Shown: positions 55,189 to 64,000 of the stretch, piece by piece
How the letters are laid out: each line of letters begins with the position of its first letter
Numbering within the stretch: the first letter of the stretch is position 1
Assembly (NCBI RefSeq): GCF_009914755.1
Contig: NC_060936.1
Source of the DNA: the human T2T-CHM13v2.0 reference genome, Homo sapiens
Reading direction: 5' to 3' (one strand)
DNA length: 64,000 bases
Translations under genes and position numbers: made by a program
Notes under the pieces: model-generated
Database searches by the model: none
What the model was told of the DNA's origin: nothing
Seen by the model: only the letters and a program-made list of their open reading frames with translations

Positions 55189-57258
55189 ATCAGCTGTGCT
55201 ATGTTTTCATATTTAGTTCTTAAATGTGATATCTGATCTGTGGGAAAAGGAAAATGGGAGTATAACGGAAAGAGCACCAATCTATGAGTCAGGACACCCC
55301 GGTTCTTGTTTTAGCTTAGCAAAAAACTAGCTATAAGATATAAGGAGGAAGAAAGCCTTATTCTCTGAGTCCCAGTTTCCTTATCTGTAAAATCAGAATG
55401 TTACCCTAGGTGGTGTCTGTGTCTCTTCCAGCTCGTCATTCTGTGAGCTATGATGTAAAGACAGCTTAAAAAAACAAATTGTTGAGAGAAGATTGAGCTT
55501 GCCAAGTGAGCAAACAGAAACACGGCATTTTGGCTAGAAGCAGCCTCAAAACCATACAGCCCACACCCAGTATACTGCAAATGCCCAGCCTGAAACCTAG
55601 AAAGTTTAGGTTTCCTTGAGGTCTCAAGGCACAATAGCAGCAAATGTCCCTGCACCTGACTTCCACTTCTGGGCAAGTTCTTCCATATTACATAGTGGAA
55701 TAGCTCTTATATAATCTATCCCTATTCTTACTTAATTGTCCACTGGCTCAAGAAAATATAAAGAATGTAATAATTTTTCTCCATAACAGAATGAGATTAA
55801 GAAATAATGTGATTGGCTTATGTTAGGCGAACATTGGAGAAATTGTCTTGGTCTTTTTAGCTCTATTAGGTACATATTAAAAGTTGACTGTGGGTAAGCT
55901 ATAAAAAGCAAGAACTGTGGTTCTACATCATAGTAATGTATCCTACTTGTGGGCTGCCTACCAAATGGCAGGCACTTTTTAATCATGCTATGACCGATAC
56001 CCACAATTCCATAAGGTAGGGACTATTTCCATCCCATTTTGCAGATGACAATACTGAGGCAAGGGGATTAGTTACTTGCCCAAGGTCATATAGGTGGTGT
56101 TAGTGGCTAAACCAGGCTTTGACCTCCACCCTGTTTGATTGAAAAGCTTGTATTCTGTCACTGCACCAGATCACTCTGCATGTCTAATGGAGATATCTAT
56201 GCTTAGCTTCTGAACTTGCTAAGGAAAACAAAGACTACAGTGAATCTCCAAACAGAAGCTACTATACCTTGGGCCCCCTTGATTTCTTCTTCTGGGGTAT
56301 GCTAACGATTGATTTATTAAAAATCAGAAACACAAACCCTCTAGGTATGGTATCACAGATGCAAGTGCAGGTACTGATAGAAATGCAGCAACAGTTGACA
56401 TTCACTGTGATTTTGTAGAATGCTCTGAAACACTGCTAATAAAGAACAACCCATGAAATATACTATGTCTTGTAATGGAGTATTGGTAAACCATTTAATA
56501 TGTACCTTCACCTGTGCATACAGACTTGATGGCTATGCTTAGAATGTGCTATCACAAGACCATTTCCTAAGGTTTTTCTTGGTTACCATCCTTTCCTGAG
56601 CTTTATGTTTATACTGCATTTTCCATTCTAAAATTCATTCACAAAGCCTTCTAGGCTGAGGAGCATTAAGCATTTCCCCCAGAGCCTCAGCATGACCTAT
56701 TGCATTCCTCTCTTTGCACTTTTTGTCTGAAGACATCAGCAGAAATGGCTCTCAAAAGCCACACAAGTCACGCTGCTACTGCCTACTTACTGGAAGATCC
56801 CTCAGGGAAAGACAGCATTTCTTCTTTCCTAGAACTTTAGACTTAGAAAATAATCTGGAACAAGAATTAATCATTTGGTTATGGGGCGTGGTTATGGGGG
56901 CGTGTCTCATGTACCCCAGCACCTCTGCTCGATTTCAGTAAGGGCATGATGAGTTTCTCACCTTTGCACCAACATGGTGGCCTTGAGGGCAGATTAGGCA
57001 TTATCTCAAAAAATTAGGAGATACCCATGACATTGGCATTGGGATTCCTCATCCAGTTTCTAGTGAACACCCACCTATATACAACTACTGCTCAAGGTGG
57101 GCAACAAAACAACTGGTTCTCACAGAGGCTCAGATGTGGGCCTTGCATTCATGAGGGAGGAAGGATGGGCTAGAAAACACAGTCTTGTTTGACAAGTGTC
57201 AGGGACTGCAGGTGACAGAGAAAGGATACAGTTGTGTTCTTTGAAATTAAAACACTAA

Positions 57259-57719
<461 letters not shown>

Positions 57720-60053
57720 CTATTCTTGGACTGACAAATAAATGAAAACCTTGACAATTCATTCTAAAAACAGGGTTAGGGTTAGGGAAGAAGAGTAAGA
57801 GTGAATTTTGCTCCATTAGAAAAACACGTGACAGGACTTGAAGATTCATTTTCAAGCTTGTATTAACCAGATCCTTCTTTCTGTGTCTCCCTGTCTATTC
57901 TGTCTGGATCTCCCTGGATCTTCCTTGTGAACTGTTAGATTCCTGTAAATGTGGTGCAGTACCAAATTTGTGTGGATTGAGAAATTTGAAATGTGTTAGT
58001 TACACAAAGCAAAACAGGATTGAAAGATTTTGCAAAGCAACAAATCCCTTCAGAGTATTATCATCATACCTTGAAATATTGCTCAAATCTAAATGCTCAA
58101 ATATCAGATTTACATTATATACTCACATATTATAAATTTGTGAATTTTTACAAAATTATAAAGCAATATGACAAACAGAAAGCATCCTTGGTTAGCTGAG
58201 GCCATATGCAGAGTGGCTGAAGCCCACGCCTTAGAGACGTGCATGGCACCCAGCAAAGGCTGGTGTCACTGCCGTGTTCCTGCCTGGCCCCTTTTTCATG
58301 GCACCACTTTCAGTGTGCTGGTGGGAAGGGGATCCTGGCCTAGGAGCCTTCCAGGGACGAGCCTATTTAATCTAGTCATTGCTCCCAATGGCAGAGGGAA
58401 AAAGAGTCTCCATGAAAGTGCCCATGAAGGAGGAGAGTTCTGGGATGAAAATGACTTCACGGGACTCCTAATCTCAGCAGGGCCCAGGTATACAATAAAA
58501 AAGCTACAGCTGGAAGGTACTGAGAGATGGGCTGATTCTATAACCCCTGGCTTTATAGGCAGCACAGCCATGATGGGAGGGGGTGTGACCCATGCCCAGC
58601 ACAGGGCTTGCAGGAGGACAGGACTGTCCACTACCATGTTATGGATGGTCCTGCGGGCTCTAAGCTTCTGTAGGTGTGAGCCTGAAGGCCCCTATCCCTA
58701 CTGGCTTCCTGACTTTAGGGAGGCGGAGGGAAGCAGGTAAGTGAGGACCCCCTCTGCCAAAAAAAGGATCAAAATAGTTCAACCAACATTTCAAAAAATG
58801 CTAAAAGGTGTCAGGAAGAACACTGGGCTCTGGAGTTTCAAAGACTCATGGGTCAGAATTTCCATCCTTAGACTGTTTCCAGACCAGCGGGGGAGTTGGT
58901 ATGGGTAAAGACAGATGGCAGTAAAAACTTCTGCAGCGGGCATCCTGGGGGCGAGAGGCACTGTATGTACTAGCCCTCATCTGCAAATCATCCTCTGGGA
59001 TGGGCTGCATGCCAGATGGTGGCTCTTAATTGCTTGAGGGCATTGAGAGAGCTGTGATCTTCAAGACCTACCTCTCCCAGGTGGCCTGAAATAGCACCAA
59101 GTCTGAAAGCAGGGCTCTGGGCAGTGACTTGGGAAAACAGGTGTGGATACCAAGTGTGATGAGGACCCTTGAGCTTAGCTTTGTTCCTGTGGTGGCAAGT
59201 GGTGGGTCTCACCCCCCAGACAACAGCCTGGACTATGAATAGAGACCACAGCCCCCGAGAACCCACCTGGCCCATTCCTCCTCCTTCCTCCTTCCCAACT
59301 CTCCCTCTTAGAAACTTTCTGACCCCCATGAGCAGGAGGGCAGAGGCTGCATAAAGAAGTGCAATTACTTGTGTCTTCTCTTTTGGTCCCAGACTTCTCA
59401 TCCTCAATCCAGCCAACCATAAGCCTTAGCTGTCTACAGAATGCATCAGCTACATCTGCTCATGGTGGGGTCCTGCCCATTCCCAGCCAACAGGGCACCG
59501 AGGGATAGAGCCACAGAGAGAAGAGGGAGTGACCCAGGACTGGGGAGGTCTAAGAAGGCTCAGATCCAGTGGCAGCTTAGACGGCTGGCAAGCTACAAGG
59601 CCTCTTATCAATAACTTTAGCAGCACTGCTAGGGCAGTAACCGGGAACATGAAGAAGCAGGACTCTAGGATGAGTGACCACCTCTGATGAGTGACTTGCT
59701 GGGAGGCTCTGGGGACGGGCACTGGTCCCAATGCTGACCCAACATGAGGGTGAGAAACACTCAGAGAGGGGAGGTGGAGTCCAGCTCCCAGAACTGCTCT
59801 CAGCCATCAGCCAGCTGATTCCTAGATGCTGTAGTGGCATCAGACTCAGGGACTGGGGCCCAATCTGTCAAAGGTCTCTAGGAATCTGGAGATGCATTTG
59901 ATGATGAAATGATGGGGAAGCTGGTCTGAGCAAGGGGCCTGCCCAGCATTCTCCCGGATCCCTATTGCTGTTTTTCCTACAGAAATGTCAAGCGGGAAAC
60001 ATTCTGCCCATAAAGGAAACATAATTAGGTAAAGCTTTGGCATCAGAAGAGAC

Positions 60054-60211
60054 AAATCAGCCAGGAGTGGCAGCACACACATGTAGTACCAGCTACTCAG
60101 GAGATTGAGGTAGGAGGACTGCTTGAGCTCTGGGAGGTCAATGCTGCACTGAGCTGTGATTGTGCCACTATACTCCAGCCTGGGTGACACGGTGAGACCC
60201 TGTCTCAAAAA
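60054..60211 (+). mobile_element. Alu right-arm monomer (FRAM or truncated AluJ)
   Basis: Single arm with flanking gaagagac duplication. Confidence 0.85.
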
Positions 60212-60554
60212 AGGAAGAGACTGTTGGGGACACCAGCAACCCAAGGTCCTACCAATGGACTTCCTCAGGGCCAGTCATGTCTCTTCCTGCTTTTTCCTGT
60301 GTTTTTCTTTTCCTGTCAATTCTGAATTCTACTGAATCTCCTTGGGACTTTAAGCCTTTCTTAATCTTATTACTTATTAATTTCCATATTTTAATCTGAG
60401 TTATCATCTCCTGTCCTCCTTTGAAAAGAACATAAATGTTTATTTCTTCTGCAAATAATATGAAGTAGAAACATTTGCAAATCTCGCTGAGATAGACAAA
60501 AACTAGAGATTTCTTCATGGTGAGATTAAGGGAAAACATTTGGAATAGGGTATT

Positions 60555-61090
60555 GAATACTCAAGGGGGCATTCGTCCAATGTGTGGCTGCCCACAATCT
60601 GAAGCTCCTTCCTGTATCTGAGGAAATCATTACTGTGGGGTCCTGATGGAAGGTTGGGTCCAGTCTTCTGTGACAGAAGCTGAAAAGGCTGATACTCTGT
60701 CTGCCCTCCCTGTGGCAGCTAGAGCTCAGTCATATGACCAAAGGGCGACCCATCAGATGCTCTTGCCTGAGATTTTCATATGGAACAAGAGATGCCAAGA
60801 AGCAAAACAGTACAGAATTCTTTCCATTCACGGTAGTTGGAGAGGTGGCTTCTGGCCGTGGTGATGCCCTCTGTGCTGGAGCCAGCTTCCAGCACTCAGC
60901 AATGGCACTCTTCCTCTAACCAGGCTGTCCCCAGGTGGGACCTCTGGCCAGCTCTTGGATTTTCTCTTGGAATCTGCTCATACTGAGTCTGGTTTCTGCT
61001 TTCCTCTGAATGTTGTAATCCTTTCCACAAATTCATTCTCTCCCTAAGATAACGAGAGTCAGTTGCTGTTGTTTGCAATATAGAACCACT
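60555..61090 (+). mobile_element. LTR33-like ERVL LTR
   Basis: gaagctgaaaaggc...gcagctagag...atgacc, and the end gagagtcagttgctgttgtttgcaatatagaacc. Confidence 0.55.
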
Positions 61091-61394
61091 GCAGGAGTCC
61101 ATGTGGGCACTGACGGTGGCTTCAGAAGGGGTGGCAAGAGTGGGACACAGGGAGGTGATACCACAGTAATGTCTGCCAAGGGGGCTTTGAAGTCAAAAAC
61201 TGGGTGCTTGAAAATGCACACTTGACAGACAACAGTTTTCCCCTGGAGGATAAGAACGCATTCACAGAGCTCAAAATAGTTGGTTAGCATGATTAATGTG
61301 AACAGACAGACTGGATAATTCAGCCCCTAAAGTGGATTATTAGGCCAAAATCCCACAGCTGTTCTCTCAGAGAAGAGAACTGGGTTGCGCCATT

Positions 61395-61559
61395 TGTAAG
61401 GACCAATGGTGCACATCTCTTTCCACCTCTGCATCCAGTGACACTGTGTTGGCAGTTTGAAATCAACCCTGGTGGGAGTATTTGCACCATGGACATAGGC
61501 AGATGCTATAATTGAGGCTTACTCAAATTGGTTGTTAAACACCAACTAGCACACCACTG
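61395..61559. mobile_element. MER63-like hAT MITE
   Basis: ggtgggagtatttgcacc...tggttgttaaaca...tagcacaccactg terminus. Confidence 0.6.
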
Positions 61560-62543
61560 AACAATGTCCCTTACTAGCGGAGATGGAGGAGACCATAAAG
61601 GATAGGTTAAATTAAATGACTGACCCAAAGTTACACATCAGAAGATCATAGCAGAACCAGGACAATGAAGGTCTCCTAATACAACAAAGATGCTTCTGAC
61701 CTTAAAAGCCTCTTTACCTTTGAACATGTTACCATTGGAATTTTTAGTTTACTGGGCTCATGGTTCAGTCATTGTCTTTCTGAGTCTTTCAGTTATTTTG
61801 TATTTACAAGTGTATTTTGGTGATCAAAGTCCTCGATCATGATAATGAAAAGCCTGTTACATCAAGATCATCTTGCTCCTTAAAATCCAAAAAGGTCAAC
61901 AACAAAACAAAACAAAAAGGCAGTTTATTTTTCAAATACTACTCAGAAAATGCTGAATAGCCAGTGATGGCACCAGACTCAAGGTGGCCTACAGAAAGAC
62001 TAGATCTGAGTCTTTTAGGTAGACTCTTACAGAGGGGTCTGCCCAAATTTTCCATGACAGTCTGAGTATCTCTCCTCTGCTCATCTTTTAAGAGCAACCT
62101 GAAGACAGGATTCAGGATTTTCCAGTTATGCTGAGGTTCAAATAATACAACCATTTTGTGCTTTAGTCATAAACAATAATAATTTGGCTCCATAATTGTT
62201 TCAGTTAATCCACAACTCAATAAATTTCTTCCTAAAATGTAAATCAAAATAGCTTTTCTGTCAGTCTTGCCTAATACTTTGACAGGATGTCACTGAAATT
62301 CCTCAGATATGATCATTATATTTATTTTCACTGTAGATGACTTATTAGAGGGAGAATTAGGAATAAGTACTCATATGCAGAACTCAAGGAAAACTATACA
62401 CACACACACACACCTCTATATACAATGACTATACAGAAAATACTATACCTGAGAACCTAAAGAAAAACCATCCCCAGAAATTGTTTAGCACCATAACCAA
62501 ATGCAACAACAAAAATGCAAAAATAGAATTAAAAACTGTTTTG

Positions 62544-63020
<477 letters not shown>

Positions 63021-63161
63021 TCATAGTCACAGAGCGTTACCTGCTGTCATCTGATTGTACTGTGTTTGCAGCCGGCCAGCTCACCAGCTAATGTTCTTTC
63101 ACTAGTCCCTGACATTGCCATTTTATTTAGTTGTTCTTTAAACTGTGAAGTCTCTCTTTAA

Positions 63162-63700
<539 letters not shown>

Positions 63701-64000
63701 TAGATAACTTAAGGTCTAACCAATGATTTCCTAACATCACTACTCATTGGATGAACTATAAAGAAAATTCTTAACCATACTCATCGTACATGCTGATTTG
63801 GTAATCAAACAATTTATTGGCTAAATAGGTACACATTGGAGCATAAAAGGAGTGCTACTAATAATTATGTAGAGACGAGGACATTAGGTGAAAGACTGCT
63901 CCAGTCAAAACTATGGTTCCTCTCTGGGTTCCATTAAAACCTAGACTATCATTTATTGGATCTGGACCAACTAAGTAAGAATGAAATAATTCTGTGACAG

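Noticed and set aside
57772-57787. AGGGTTAGGGTTAGGG as an interstitial telomeric sequence
   Set aside because: Only about 2.5 units and three G-tracts, too short to distinguish from chance.

Overview
This is primate genomic DNA, almost certainly human, and it is rich in repeats. The only protein-coding sequence I can support is the 3' end of ITPR2 (inositol 1,4,5-trisphosphate receptor type 2) on the minus strand. It comprises the penultimate coding exon (48713-48874), a 683-bp last intron, the terminal coding segment ending ...NTPHVNHHMPPH* (47943-48029) and a 3' UTR of about 4 kb with several AATAAA signals. The most distal signal is at 43912-43917. Sequence from 48875 to the window end is one large ITPR2 intron with no further recognisable exon. 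Sequence from 1 to about 43900 is downstream intergenic DNA; from memory this is the SSPN/BHLHE41-ITPR2 interval on 12p. It is filled with a full-length but inactive L1PA7/8-like element with target-site duplications (TSDs), other L1s, Alus, ERVL pol and gag relics, solo LTRs and DNA transposons. Almost all ORFs in the supplied track are repeat-derived or chance. I found no convincing new biological system. The most interesting items are an AP-1/E-box motif cluster at about 26.9-28.3 kb that may be the known renal-cancer-risk enhancer, tandem and convergent poly(A) signals, an Alu with a 3x80-bp internal triplication, a G24 tract expanded inside an LTR, an inverted Alu pair and a three-level nested transposon insertion. 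Repeat subfamily names were assigned by eye and need RepeatMasker/Dfam confirmation.
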